DNA of 64,000 nucleotides, from assembly GCA_041484665.1 (NCBI GenBank), contig JBGPIA010000001.1:928001-992000 (forward strand). The letters run 5' to 3'. Shown here one piece after another: positions 38,649-48,964 of the stretch; the stretch's first letter is position 1; each line of letters begins with the position of its first letter. The stretch comes from Candidatus Krumholzibacteriia bacterium (GTDB taxonomy: Bacteria > Krumholzibacteriota > Krumholzibacteriia > JAJRXK01). The position numbers and the translations under genes are program-made. The notes under the pieces were generated by a model that searched no databases, had not been told where the DNA came from, and saw only the letters and a program-made list of their open reading frames with translations.

Positions 38649-40859
38649 ATGCAACTGATGCCCAACTCGATCCACACCCGGCTCACGCTGCTCTTGTCCT
38701 TCGTGCTGGCCTCTTTCGCCGGCGGGCTCGTCTTCCTGCATCGCTCGCAGCGCAGCCAGGTGGATCTGCTCTTCCAGGAGCGCGTCACGGCCACCGGCCG
38801 CGTGTTCCACGAGCTGCTGGAGCTCAAGGAGCACTCGCTCAAGGTTCACGTCGAGGACTACTCCCGCTGGGATGAGTTCGTCGACTTCGTCGCGACGCCG
38901 GACCCGCAGTGGAGTCGGTTGAACATCGCGGAGAGTCTCAAGGAGTTCGGCGTCGACGTGGCCTGGGTGCTGGACCGGGGCTCCAGGCCGATCTATGCCA
39001 CGGCTCTGGACTCGGCGACGGCTCCCGGCCTGCCTCCCGCGGACCCGGCGGAGCTGCGCGCAAGCCTGCAGGGCAAGCCGTTCCAGCACTTCTTCGTCCG
39101 CCGCCCGACGGGGCTCCTGGAGGTGCGCACCGCTCCGATCCAGCCTTCCGCCGACCTGAAGCGGGAGACCCCGCCGTGCGGCTACTACGTCGTGGGCCGC
39201 TTGTGGGACGCGGCCTTTCTGTCCGAGCTCGCCGACGCCGCGAACGGAGACGTAGGTGTCGAGCCTGCGAGCGTGGGCGACATGGGTCCGCGCACCTCGC
39301 TCGCCGAGGGGCGGATCGTGGTGCGCGCTCCGCTGGCGGACATCACTGGAGCTCCGTTCGCCAGGATCTACCTGATCAGCAGCTTCCCCATCGCGGACCG
39401 CATCGCGGGCCAGGCGCGCAATTCGTTCCTGCTCCTTGCGGCGTACGCCTTGACCACGTTCCTCGCCGCGTCGGGGCTGCTGTCCCGCTGGATCGCGCAA
39501 CCCCTGCGCGAGGTCACGAACGCCCTCCACACCCAGGAGTGTACCCACCTCGATGGCCTGTCGGCTCGCGACGACGAGTTCGGCCGTCTCGCCACCCTCA
39601 TCCTGGAGTTCTTCCGGCAGAAGATCTTGCTCGTGGAGGAGATCGCCGAGCGGGCGCGCGCGGAGCGAGAGGTGCTCGCCCAGAGAGAATTCGTGCGGCA
39701 GGTGATCGACACGGACCCCAATCCGATCTCGGTGCTGGACGCGCAGGGGCGCTTCGTGCTGGCAAACCGGGCCCTGGGCCAGTTGTTGGGTACGACGGCC
39801 GATGCCCTGCTGCAGCGGTCCCTGGAAGCGGTGCTGGGGCCCGGAGAGGCGCTCCAGCACTCCCTGCGCACCAACCGTGAGGTGCTCGACTTGAATGGGC
39901 CGGTCGTCTCCGAGCAGCGCGTGGCGAGACCGGACGGCGCAATGCGCATCTTCCACACCATCCAATGCCCGCTGCGGCGGCCGGATGGTGAGGTGCAGGT
40001 CCTGGGGATCTGGGTCGACGTGACGGATCAGGAGCGCGTCCGCGCTGAGATCATCCGGGCGAAGGAAGCGGCGGAGTCGGGCGCGCGCGCCAAGTCGGAG
40101 TTCCTGGCCAATATGTCCCACGAGATCCGCACGCCGATGCACGCCATCCTCAGCTATGCGCGCTTCGGTGAGAAGGAGGCCCAGACCGCGGAGCGCGAGG
40201 AATTGCTCGAGTACTTCCGCAACATCCACGAGAGCGGCCGCAGTCTCCTCGAGCTCCTCAACGACCTGCTCGATCTGGCGCGGCTCGAGTCCGGCCGCGC
40301 GCGGTTCGAGCGCGGCGAGGTCGATCTCGCCGCGGTCGTCGACAGCGCGGTCGACGAGTTCACGCCCCTGGCGCGCGAGCGTCAGCTCCGTATCGACGCG
40401 GACGCCGTCGAGGACCTGCCACCGGTGTGGGCGGACCGACTGAAGATGCTCCAGGTGTTGCGCAATCTCCTCTCCAACGCGGCGAAGTTCTCACCCGCCG
40501 GCGGAGTGATCGAGGTGCGGGCTGGCCGGCACGATGGGTCCGTACGGGTTTCCGTGGCCGACCGCGGGATCGGAATCCCCGAGGGAGAGCTGGAGCTGGT
40601 TTTCGACAAGTTCGTGCAATCGAGCAAGACCAAGTCGGGGGCGGGTGGGACTGGCCTGGGCCTGGCCATCTGCCGCGAGATCCTCACCGCGTACGGCGGG
40701 CGGATCTGGGCGCAGAACCGTGACGGCGGCGGGGCGCAGTTCACCTTCGAGCTGCCGCTCGGCGCGCCCCCAAACGAAGCAGCTCCACACGAAGGGACGG
40801 CAGCGGACGCGAGGATGGCTCGCCCAGCGCCACCCGGCCCCGTGCGCGTGCCCGCCTAG
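38649..40859 (+). CDS. Membrane sensor histidine kinase (CHASE4-like, HAMP, PAS)
   Basis: TM-DYSRWDE-TM, DDEFGRL, PAS, AKSEFLANMSHEIRTP, GTGLGLAI. Confidence 0.9.
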   Translation: MQLMPNSIHTRLTLLLSFVLASFAGGLVFLHRSQRSQVDLLFQERVTATGRVFHELLELKEHSLKVHVEDYSRWDEFVDFVATPDPQWSRLNIAESLKEFGVDVAWVLDRGSRPIYATALDSATAPGLPPADPAELRASLQGKPFQHFFVRRPTGLLEVRTAPIQPSADLKRETPPCGYYVVGRLWDAAFLSELADAANGDVGVEPASVGDMGPRTSLAEGRIVVRAPLADITGAPFARIYLISSFPIADRIAGQARNSFLLLAAYALTTFLAASGLLSRWIAQPLREVTNALHTQECTHLDGLSARDDEFGRLATLILEFFRQKILLVEEIAERARAEREVLAQREFVRQVIDTDPNPISVLDAQGRFVLANRALGQLLGTTADALLQRSLEAVLGPGEALQHSLRTNREVLDLNGPVVSEQRVARPDGAMRIFHTIQCPLRRPDGEVQVLGIWVDVTDQERVRAEIIRAKEAAESGARAKSEFLANMSHEIRTPMHAILSYARFGEKEAQTAEREELLEYFRNIHESGRSLLELLNDLLDLARLESGRARFERGEVDLAAVVDSAVDEFTPLARERQLRIDADAVEDLPPVWADRLKMLQVLRNLLSNAAKFSPAGGVIEVRAGRHDGSVRVSVADRGIGIPEGELELVFDKFVQSSKTKSGAGGTGLGLAICREILTAYGGRIWAQNRDGGGAQFTFELPLGAPPNEAAPHEGTAADARMARPAPPGPVRVPA

Positions 40860-40917
40860 CGGATCGGGCTCGTGGCGCGCCGATCGAGTCGGATTCCACG
40901 CTCGCCTTGCGGGAGGC

Positions 40918-41046
40918 ATGAACATGACGCGGACTGCCTGGCTCCTGATCTGGGTGCTGCCCGCCGTGGGAGCGTGCCTCCCGGCTGCCGCCGCGGCGAC
41001 GTCGCAAGCGGAAGCGGACACCTCGCTGCGCCCGGCCGGCTGGCAA
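40918..41046 (+). pseudogene. Signal-peptide-only stub of a secreted protein gene
   Basis: GGGAGG RBS, MNMTRTAWLLIWVLPAVGACLPAAAAA; frame then runs antisense into the pckG 3' end. Confidence 0.45.
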
Positions 41047-42852
41047 TCAGGCCGCCGCGCTGGCGCGCGCTGCCTGCAGCCGCCGTTGCAGGGCGGCCAA
41101 CTCGTCGCGCAGCCCCTGGGGCAGCTTGACGCCGAACTTCTCGTAGTGCTTCGCGATCAGCGGTACCTCGGCCGACCAGCCTTCGAGATCCACCCGTAGC
41201 AGCTCGTGCATCGCCACGTCGGCCACCTTGAGGCCAGAAACGTCCAGCGCCCCCGGCGCCGGCAGCCGGCCGATCGGCGTGTCGACGGCCTCGCCCGTGC
41301 CCGTGACGCGCTCGAACACCCAGCGTAGCACGCGGCTGTTGTCGCCGAAGCCCGGCCACAGGAACTTTCCGTCGACTCCCTTGCGGAACCAGTTCACGTA
41401 GAACATGCGGGGCAGTGTCAGCGGATCGGCCTGGGCGCCGATGCGTAGCCAGTGCGCGAAGTAGTCACCCATGTGGTAGCCGCAGAACGGTAGCATGGCG
41501 AAGGGATCGTAGCGCAGGGCACCAACGGTGCCGGCCGCCGCCGCCGTGGTCTCGCTGCTGACGATCGAGCCCAGGAACGTGCCGTGCTGCCAGGACAGCG
41601 CCTCGTTCACGAGTGGCACCACCGTGGCCCGTCGGCCGCCGAACAGGATTGCCGAGATGGGCACGCCGCGGGGATCCTCCCATTCGGGAGCAATGACGGG
41701 GCATTGGCGTGCCGGCGTCGTGAAGCGGGCGTTGGGGTGGGCGGCCTTGCGGCCACAGCCGGGGGTCCAGGGGCGCCGCAGCCAGTCGACCAGCTCTGAA
41801 GGCGGCTCGTCGGACATCTCCTCCCACCAGACATCGCCATCCTGGGTGATGGCGCAGTTGGTGAAGATGGAGTTCTTCTGGATGGTGAGCATGGCGTTGG
41901 GGTTGCTGCGCATGCTCGTTCCCGGCGCGACGCCGAAGAAGCCCGCCTCTGGATTGATGGCATGCAGCCGGCCGTCCGGACCGAACTTCATCCACGCGAT
42001 GTCGTCACCGATGGTCTCGACCTTCCAACCCGTCAGGGTGGGGTTCAGCATCGCTAGGTTGGTCTTGCCGCAGGCCGAGGGAAACGCGGCGGCGATGTAG
42101 ATCTTGCGACCCTGGGGGCTGGTGATGCCCAGGATCAGCATGTGCTCCGCCATCCACCCCTCGTCGCGCGCCTGCACGGACGCGATGCGCAGGGCATGGC
42201 ATTTCTTCCCGAGCAGCGCGTTGCCGCCGTAGCCCGACCCGAATGACCAGATCTCGCGGGTCTCGGGGAAGTGGCAGATGTATTTCGTCTTGGCGTTGCA
42301 TGGCCACGGCGCGTCCGGGGCGCCGTCAGGTAGAGGCGCACCGACCGAGTGCAGGCCGCGCACGAACTCGCCGTCCTTGCCCAACACGTCGAGCACCCGC
42401 TTGCCCACGCGAGCCATGATGTGCATGTTGGCCACGACGTACGGCGAGTCGGAGATCTCCACGCCGATCTTGGCGATCGGCGAGCCGACCGGGCCCATGC
42501 TGTAGGGGATCACGTACATCGTCCGACCCTTCATCGCGCCGGTGAAGAGCCGGGTGAGAGTGGCCTTGATCTCGCCGGGGTCGCGCCAGTGGTTGGTGGG
42601 ACCGGCGTCGTCCTGGCTCATCGAGCAGATGAACGTGAACTCCTCGACGCGGGCAACGTCGGCCGGATCGGACCGCACGAAGATGCTCCCGGGGCGCTTG
42701 CCTTCATCCAGCCGGAGCGCCGTGCCCGCGTGCACCATCACGCGCTGCATCGTGTGGTACTCCTGCTCGGAGCCGTTGCACCAATGGACGCGGTCGGGCT
42801 GGCACAGCTGCGCCACGTCGTTGACCCATTCCTTCAGCCGCTCGTGTGTCAT
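41047..42852 (-). CDS. pckG: Phosphoenolpyruvate carboxykinase (GTP)
   Basis: [48 protein letters not shown]. Confidence 0.98.
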   Translation of the reverse strand: MTHERLKEWVNDVAQLCQPDRVHWCNGSEQEYHTMQRVMVHAGTALRLDEGKRPGSIFVRSDPADVARVEEFTFICSMSQDDAGPTNHWRDPGEIKATLTRLFTGAMKGRTMYVIPYSMGPVGSPIAKIGVEISDSPYVVANMHIMARVGKRVLDVLGKDGEFVRGLHSVGAPLPDGAPDAPWPCNAKTKYICHFPETREIWSFGSGYGGNALLGKKCHALRIASVQARDEGWMAEHMLILGITSPQGRKIYIAAAFPSACGKTNLAMLNPTLTGWKVETIGDDIAWMKFGPDGRLHAINPEAGFFGVAPGTSMRSNPNAMLTIQKNSIFTNCAITQDGDVWWEEMSDEPPSELVDWLRRPWTPGCGRKAAHPNARFTTPARQCPVIAPEWEDPRGVPISAILFGGRRATVVPLVNEALSWQHGTFLGSIVSSETTAAAAGTVGALRYDPFAMLPFCGYHMGDYFAHWLRIGAQADPLTLPRMFYVNWFRKGVDGKFLWPGFGDNSRVLRWVFERVTGTGEAVDTPIGRLPAPGALDVSGLKVADVAMHELLRVDLEGWSAEVPLIAKHYEKFGVKLPQGLRDELAALQRRLQAARASAAA

Positions 42853-43010
42853 GATTGGAGCCGTGGACTCCTTGTCCCGGGAGAATGATGCCTCGGCGCT
42901 CCAGCCCTGGATCCGAGCGGCCGCCTCACGATTGTACACAAAACCAACCTACCCTGGCCCGGGAAGGGGCGCCAAGGGAGAAGCGGCGCCGCGCCGCTGG
43001 TCGTGATGCT

Positions 43011-43700
43011 TCAGGCCGCGTGGCGGCGGAGCGCCTTCAACGCCAAGGCGAAATCGTCGGGCAGCGGCGCCTCGATCCGCAGCGGTGTCCGGTCCACCGG
43101 GTGCTCGAGCTTGAGGCTGGCTGCGTGCAGCGCGAGCCGTCCGATCAGGGGCCGCTCGGGCCGTGGACCCGGCTTGTAACTCCGCTTGAGGTGGGACAGG
43201 TACAGCCCACGCTCGCTCCCGTAGAGCGCCTCCGCAACGATCGGGGCGCCGGCATGGGCGAAGTGCACCCGCACCTGGTGCGTGCGCCCCGTCCGGGGCT
43301 CCGCTTGCACCAGCGCATGTCCGCGGCGCCACCGCTTCAGCGTGGTGTAGGCCGTCTCGCTGGGCCGGCTGCCCGGGTGCCCGGCGGCAGCGACCCGCAT
43401 GCATCCGGGTCGGCGTGCATCCGGCGCGAGAGCGGCCGCGATCACGCCGGTGGCCGCTTTGGGCGCAGCAGCCGTCAGTGCGAGATAGACCTTGCAAACA
43501 GCGCGGGACTGGAACTGCGCCGACAGCCGCCGCAGCGCCTCTTGGGACTTGGCGCACAGCAGCACGCCGCTGGTCTCGAGGTCGATCCGGTGGGCGTTGA
43601 AGTTCGACGCAGAGAGATGGGCGTGCAGGAGGCCCATCAGGCGGATGGGCTCCTTGTCCCAGCGGTCGGGTGCGCCCGGCGTGCCCAGCCTGGCCGGCGC
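43011..43700 (-). pseudogene. RluA-family pseudouridine synthase, apparently 5'-truncated
   Basis: HRIDLETSG, TGRTHQVRVH, ALHA present; motif I (NKPxG) absent, frame closed by TGA at 43701-43703; could still be translated from ATG 43637. Confidence 0.7.
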
Positions 43701-43755
43701 TCAGCCGGGGCGCAGGGGTGCCCGCAGCCCGGCGCCCCTGACCGATTGCGCTTCG

Positions 43756-45582
43756 TCAGCGCGTGTAGCGTCGATCCTTGCACCAGGATGTCAGCAATTC
43801 CGTGAGCTGCGCAACGCTCTCCGGCGGATCCGCGATGGGGTCGGTCCCCCCGGAGGGCAGCAGCCGCTCGGAGTACCGCCACTGCGGACGGTTCTGCGTA
43901 TCGATCTCGAAGACGTGCTTGTCCCCGCCCGCGTAGACAGCGGCCTCGCTCGACCCGCCTCTGCGCCGTCCCGTGAAGGAGAGCACCTGCTGCTCCGCGG
44001 GCTCGTTCAGCAGCGAATGCCCGTCGGGAGATAGGCTGCGCACGTCCAGGCCGAACCAGTCCATCACGGTCGCCGGGATGTCCACCGTCTGGCGCAGGCC
44101 GGCCTCGGTGCGCGCAGGACCTCCCGTCCATATCACCAGCGGCACGCGCAGGACGGGCTCGTCGACGTGGTACCCGTACCAGACCTTCCCATCCTCATAG
44201 ATGGAGCCATGGTCCGCAGTGAGGAGCACGTCGACCGATCCCGCCCAGGGGCGTTGGCACAACCGTCCCATGAACTCGCCAAACGCGGCGTCAAAGGCCT
44301 TGATGGTCTTGAGATAGGTGTCGCGCAGCTCGTCGACGCGCCAACTGTCCGCGGCGTCGTAGTGATAGTCCATGGCGTGCATCCGCGCCTCGGCTGCCTT
44401 GCGATCTTCGGGCGTCTTCCCCAAGTCGAGATCGGTCGGTTTGGGCAGCCGGCTAACGCTGTGGGGGAAGAGGTGCAAGAGCAGAAAGAACGGACGCTCC
44501 TCCCGCGAGAGGTTGTCCAGCTCCGCGAGCGCGGTCTTCAACGGTCCCTTGCTCGGGAAGCCCGCATTGAGGAGGGCCAGGATCGGCGCCAGCCTCAGCT
44601 TGTGCCGGCCGGGCACCTTCACGTCGGTCTTCTTGGGCGGGGTGTGCACCAGCACGTGGTAGTCCAACCCCAGCCAGCGCGGCACGAACGTGTAGTACTG
44701 CGAGAGATAGAGCGAGCGCACGCCCCGGTAGCGGAAGCACTTGTTCTCGGGGATCGCGTTGGGATGGCTGACGAGCAGGCGCGTGCGGATCCCGTGCTCT
44801 TGCAGCGTTGCGAGCAGGTTGCGCGCGGGCATGCGGTTCTGGGCCTCTTCACGCCCGGAGTAGATGGCGCTGAACGCCCCCACGGTGTACGGGAAGTTGG
44901 TGTAGGCGTTGGTGAACGACACCGATTCCTTGATGAACCCATCGAGGTTGGGCGTCGTGATTGGGGACTTGGGATTCAGCGCTGAGATGTAGCGCTCCCC
45001 GAGCCCGTCGATGACGACCACCACCAGCCCTCGCTTGCCCGGTGGGAGCGCGAGCGCGGGGCCTTCCGCGGGCCGGGTCCTGGTCGCGGCGCGCGCCAGC
45101 TGCGCCAGCGGCAGAGCGGTGGCGCTGACCAGCAGCGTGACGAGAGCGAGGCGATCGATGCGCGGCAGCCGGGCCGGCGACCGACGCTCCACCAGGTATC
45201 CCACGAGCGCTGCAGCCGGGAACACCGCCAGCAGCAGCTCCTGGCGGTCCGCTTTCACCAGGAAGGGATCGGCCGCGATGGTGACGGCCGCCGCAAAGAG
45301 AACCGTGAACGGCGAGCTCTGGCACAGGCGCGCGGCGAGCTCGGGCCGGCGCAGCACCCGCAACAGCAGCAGCACCACGGCGGCCAGCAGCGCCGAGAGC
45401 CCGGTGAGCAGGAATAGGACGCCCGCAGTAACGCCCAGCAACGACCGGACATCCGTCTGGAGGAGGAATGGATCCAGGCCCAGCAACGTGAAGGCCAGCG
45501 CCAGAATGAACAGGTGGACGCGGGCCAGCAGAAAGACGTACGCGGAAGCGCTGCGCTGCGCGAAGTCGTTGGAAGAAGGCAC
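43756..45582 (-). CDS. Membrane-anchored sulfatase-like hydrolase/transferase (alkaline phosphatase superfamily)
   Basis: About 5 N-terminal TM segments, VVIDGL, TPNLD, FTNAYT, LFPH, TADHG, VPLVI. Confidence 0.85.
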   Translation of the reverse strand: MPSSNDFAQRSASAYVFLLARVHLFILALAFTLLGLDPFLLQTDVRSLLGVTAGVLFLLTGLSALLAAVVLLLLRVLRRPELAARLCQSSPFTVLFAAAVTIAADPFLVKADRQELLLAVFPAAALVGYLVERRSPARLPRIDRLALVTLLVSATALPLAQLARAATRTRPAEGPALALPPGKRGLVVVVIDGLGERYISALNPKSPITTPNLDGFIKESVSFTNAYTNFPYTVGAFSAIYSGREEAQNRMPARNLLATLQEHGIRTRLLVSHPNAIPENKCFRYRGVRSLYLSQYYTFVPRWLGLDYHVLVHTPPKKTDVKVPGRHKLRLAPILALLNAGFPSKGPLKTALAELDNLSREERPFFLLLHLFPHSVSRLPKPTDLDLGKTPEDRKAAEARMHAMDYHYDAADSWRVDELRDTYLKTIKAFDAAFGEFMGRLCQRPWAGSVDVLLTADHGSIYEDGKVWYGYHVDEPVLRVPLVIWTGGPARTEAGLRQTVDIPATVMDWFGLDVRSLSPDGHSLLNEPAEQQVLSFTGRRRGGSSEAAVYAGGDKHVFEIDTQNRPQWRYSERLLPSGGTDPIADPPESVAQLTELLTSWCKDRRYTR

Positions 45583-45646
45583 GTTCCGGGGCAGGCGCCG
45601 GTTCGGGTGATGGACCGCGAGGGGAGCGGAGGACGGGCGTGCGGGG

Positions 45647-45676
45647 ACTGTAGCGCAGCTTTGGCGGGAAGGTCAA
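45647..45676 (-). promoter_or_regulatory. Sigma70-type promoter TTGACC-N18-TACAGT for the sulfatase-like gene
   Basis: Both hexamers on the minus strand, about 65 nt upstream of the start. Confidence 0.55.
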
Positions 45677-45811
45677 GGGAGCCGCCCGTACAACCGCCCG
45701 GCTCCCTCGGCGCTGGTGGCCGGGGAGCCGGGCGGTCGGCTTGAGCGTTCCGCCTCTGATCGGGTCGGTCACGCCTTGCCGGGGCCAACACCTGCACTGG
45801 ATGCGTGGCGC

Positions 45812-46660
45812 TCAGTTCGCCGGCAGCTCGTGCGGCTGGGGGCGCGGTGCGGGCGGCTGCTCGGCGGCCGCGATCGAGTACGTGTCGACCGTCAGCTGGG
45901 CGGCGCGGTCGGGAGGACCCACGGACACCCCGTAGGTTCCGACGCCATCGAGGGTGACGAGGCTGACGCCGCCCAGGAAGCGCGCGACGCCATCGATTCG
46001 CCACTCGATCAAGCCGGTCATGCTGACCGGCTCCGCGCTGGCGCGCAGCTCCACCGCCTGTCCGGCGGGCACGCGGTAGTAGTTTGAGCGCAGCCGCTGC
46101 ACCGAGCCACCGGCAGTGTCGCCACCGGCGAGCCGGGCCGTCTGCTCGACCACCGCAGCGGCCGTCACGCGGATCTCCGCGAGGTCGACCTTCACGGCCT
46201 TCAGGTGGCAGACGTAGGTCTCCAGCGCGCCGTCATGCTCGATGGCTACGCGGACGTCGTGCATCCCTGCGGCCGATGCCGTGAATTGCGCCCGCGAGAA
46301 GTCGCCGTCACGCTCGACCGCCTGCGCGCCGATCCAACGCACGACGGCGCCAGGGTCGGCCAGGGCCTTGAGCTGCACGCCGGCGCCGAGGGGGATGAGC
46401 AGCGTGGTGCCATTCGCCATGCTGTACCAACCGACCGTGAGCTTGTCGATCGGGCCGAGCATCAGGCCCGGCGTGAGAGCCGAACCGGTCTCCGCGGCCA
46501 GGGCCAGCGCGCCGTTGACGCTGGCGTTGGAGGCGTCGGGAACGTCGGTGGTGGGAACGGCGGGGCCCAGCATGCCATCTTCGGAGCAACCCACTGCGAG
46601 CCACGCGATGCCGATCAACCCAAGGAGCAGACCGTGGCGAAGGATTCCTGCGCTTCTCAT
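45812..46660 (-). CDS. Hypothetical lipoprotein (beta-rich)
   Basis: GGAGG RBS, LAVGC lipobox. Confidence 0.65.
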   Translation of the reverse strand: MRSAGILRHGLLLGLIGIAWLAVGCSEDGMLGPAVPTTDVPDASNASVNGALALAAETGSALTPGLMLGPIDKLTVGWYSMANGTTLLIPLGAGVQLKALADPGAVVRWIGAQAVERDGDFSRAQFTASAAGMHDVRVAIEHDGALETYVCHLKAVKVDLAEIRVTAAAVVEQTARLAGGDTAGGSVQRLRSNYYRVPAGQAVELRASAEPVSMTGLIEWRIDGVARFLGGVSLVTLDGVGTYGVSVGPPDRAAQLTVDTYSIAAAEQPPAPRPQPHELPAN

Positions 46661-46896
46661 GACCAGACCTCCAGGGATTCCGAGTCGGGTTGGGCGTTTC
46701 CGCGGCCGCCGGCCAGAGCCGGCCGCATCCGGCCGCAGCAGCTGTCCACCCAAGCAGTCGCCACGGAGCGCCGATCCGCTGCAGGCAATCTTGCGCGCCC
46801 TGCGTCAGCGGCAGGGAAGGAGTGAGCGATGCGCGCTTGCGCGGGTGCCGCGCGCTCGGCCGAGCCACCCGCGCGCGGCACAGACGTGGCAGACGG

Positions 46897-47814
46897 TCAG
46901 CCGGAGCCACCCGCCAAAGGCCGCGCCGTGCACCTCGCCAGGAACGCGAGCACGCGTGTGCGGTACTGCTGGGGCGCGAAGGCGTACAGGTCCTCGTGCG
47001 CGGCCCCGGGCACAAGCCAGAGCTCTTTGCGCGGCGCAGCAGCGTCGAAGATGGCCTGCGTGTCTGAGGCCCACGTGCTGCGATCGGCGGTTCCGCTCAT
47101 GACGAGCACGGGGCAGGGCAGCGCCGCGGCGTGGTCGATGGGGCGGAAGGCCGAGACGTCGAAGCCGAGCAGCCGCTGGAGGATCGGCGTGTAGAGCAGG
47201 CCGGCCACGCGACCCGGCAGCCCCACGCGGTGGCGGAACCCGCGGTCGATCCCGTGCTCCATCGTGTCGAATGCGCTCTCGAGCACGACACCGCGCACGC
47301 CGCCCAGCCGCTCGGCGGCCATGAGGATCGTCGAGCCCCCCTGGGACCATCCATCGCACGCGATCGTGTCCACACCCTGTGCGCGCAGCCAGCGCAGCGC
47401 TGCCAGCAGGTCGGCAGCCTCGAAGTACCCGACCGAGCTGCGGCGCCCCTCGCTCTCCCCGCTGGCGCGCGCGTCATAGAGGAGCACCCCGTAGCCAGCC
47501 TCGGCGAAGAGCACGGCACGCGAGAGCATGCTGCGCCGATTGCTGCCGTAGGGATGCAGCAGGATGATCGCCGTGCGCCCATCCAGCGCTGGCGAGTACC
47601 AGCCGCGCAGGCGCAACCCGTCGGTCGTCGAGAACTCCACCGCCTGGACCGGCCGCGGGAACCCGCTGGGCAGAGTGCCCGCCAGGTGCCGAGACGGCTC
47701 GGCCTGGCTGCTGGCAACCTCCCAGGACACCACTGCAAAGATGGCAAGGCCTGCCGCCAGCGCGGTGGCGGCGGCGAGGATGACCCGCCGGCCTGTGGTG
47801 CCTCCCACTGACAT
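46897..47814 (-). CDS. Alpha/beta hydrolase with N-terminal anchor
   Basis: DGLRLRGWY, YDARASGES, GWSQG, GTAD, GAAH. Confidence 0.9.
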   Translation of the reverse strand: MSVGGTTGRRVILAAATALAAGLAIFAVVSWEVASSQAEPSRHLAGTLPSGFPRPVQAVEFSTTDGLRLRGWYSPALDGRTAIILLHPYGSNRRSMLSRAVLFAEAGYGVLLYDARASGESEGRRSSVGYFEAADLLAALRWLRAQGVDTIACDGWSQGGSTILMAAERLGGVRGVVLESAFDTMEHGIDRGFRHRVGLPGRVAGLLYTPILQRLLGFDVSAFRPIDHAAALPCPVLVMSGTADRSTWASDTQAIFDAAAPRKELWLVPGAAHEDLYAFAPQQYRTRVLAFLARCTARPLAGGSG

Positions 47815-47981
47815 ACGCCCCCTACCCGCGCGCACAACCGCTGCGCCTGGCGCCCAGCCGCGCAGTTCGCGCGCCCGAGCGATCGTATGCCCCGGGAGCG
47901 AGTTCGCTCAACGGACGTCTGGCCCCCGCGTTGCGAGCTGTGCGTGCAGATCGCCCGCGATGCCGTAAGATATGCGCGCCC

Positions 47982-48956
47982 ATGCTCCCCCCCAGTCGCC
48001 CTCCGCACCCGGCGCAAGCCGGCACCCCACTGCGCGGCACCGACGCCGCGGCCGAGGGACCCCCGGCCGCATCGAGCGACCGCTCGGGAGTCACCGTTGT
48101 CATCGACGGTGTGCGGCGGGTGTTCGACGGCCAGACCGTGGCCGTCGAGACGCTGAGCCTACGGATTCCCGCGGGCCAGTTCCTCGCGATCCTCGGGCCC
48201 TCGGGCTGCGGGAAGTCGACGCTGCTGCGCCTGATCGCGCGGCTGGACCGCCCCACGTCCGGGGCGGTGCGCGTCGAGGACGCGGCGACCGCGGTGGCCG
48301 AATCGGGCGCAGCGGCGGCCGGCGTGGGCATCGCAGCGGCGATCGGTCCGGGCGCAGCGGCGGCCGGTCCAGAGCGAGCGCGAGGGGGCGCAGGCGGCGG
48401 CCCAAGCAGCAGTCCAGCGCCGAGCAATCCCATCGCCTTCGTCTTCCAGGACGCCCACCTGCTGCCGTGGAGAACGGTACTGCACAACGCGGCGCTGCCG
48501 CTGGAGCTCCTGGGTGTGTCGCGGGCGCAGCGCCTGGCCGTCGCGCGCGAGGAGCTGGTCCAGGTCGGCCTGGGCGACGCGTTGGAGCGCTATCCGGCGC
48601 AGCTCTCCGGCGGAATGCGAATGCGCGTCTCGCTCGCACGGGCGCTGGTGACGCGGCCGCGCCTGCTGCTGCTCGATGAGCCGTTCGCTGCCCTCGACGA
48701 GATCACGCGGCAGCGCCTCGACGAGCAGCTGCGCGGTCTCTACCTCGCGCGCCGCATGACGGTGATCTTCGTCACCCACTCCATCCCCGAGGCCACCTTC
48801 CTGGCCGACCGCGCCGTCGTGCTTTCACGGCGCCCGGCCCGCATCGTGCTCGACGCCGCGATCGAGCTACCGCCGCAGCGGACGGCGCAGCTACGCACCG
48901 ACGCGGGGTTCGCCCGGCAGATGCGGGCACTCTTCGCCGCGCTGCAGGACGCCTAG
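47982..48956 (+). CDS. NitT/TauT-family ABC ATP-binding protein
   Basis: GPSGCGKST, VFQDAHLLPW, LSGGMRMR, DEPFAALD. Confidence 0.93.
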   Translation: MLPPSRPPHPAQAGTPLRGTDAAAEGPPAASSDRSGVTVVIDGVRRVFDGQTVAVETLSLRIPAGQFLAILGPSGCGKSTLLRLIARLDRPTSGAVRVEDAATAVAESGAAAAGVGIAAAIGPGAAAAGPERARGGAGGGPSSSPAPSNPIAFVFQDAHLLPWRTVLHNAALPLELLGVSRAQRLAVAREELVQVGLGDALERYPAQLSGGMRMRVSLARALVTRPRLLLLDEPFAALDEITRQRLDEQLRGLYLARRMTVIFVTHSIPEATFLADRAVVLSRRPARIVLDAAIELPPQRTAQLRTDAGFARQMRALFAALQDA

Positions 48957-48964
48957 GAGGGCAC

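Noticed and set aside
47815..47981. TPP riboswitch ahead of the NMT1/THI5-like ABC operon
   Set aside because: No CTGAGA-containing TPP core seen, so thiamine-precursor specificity is unsupported
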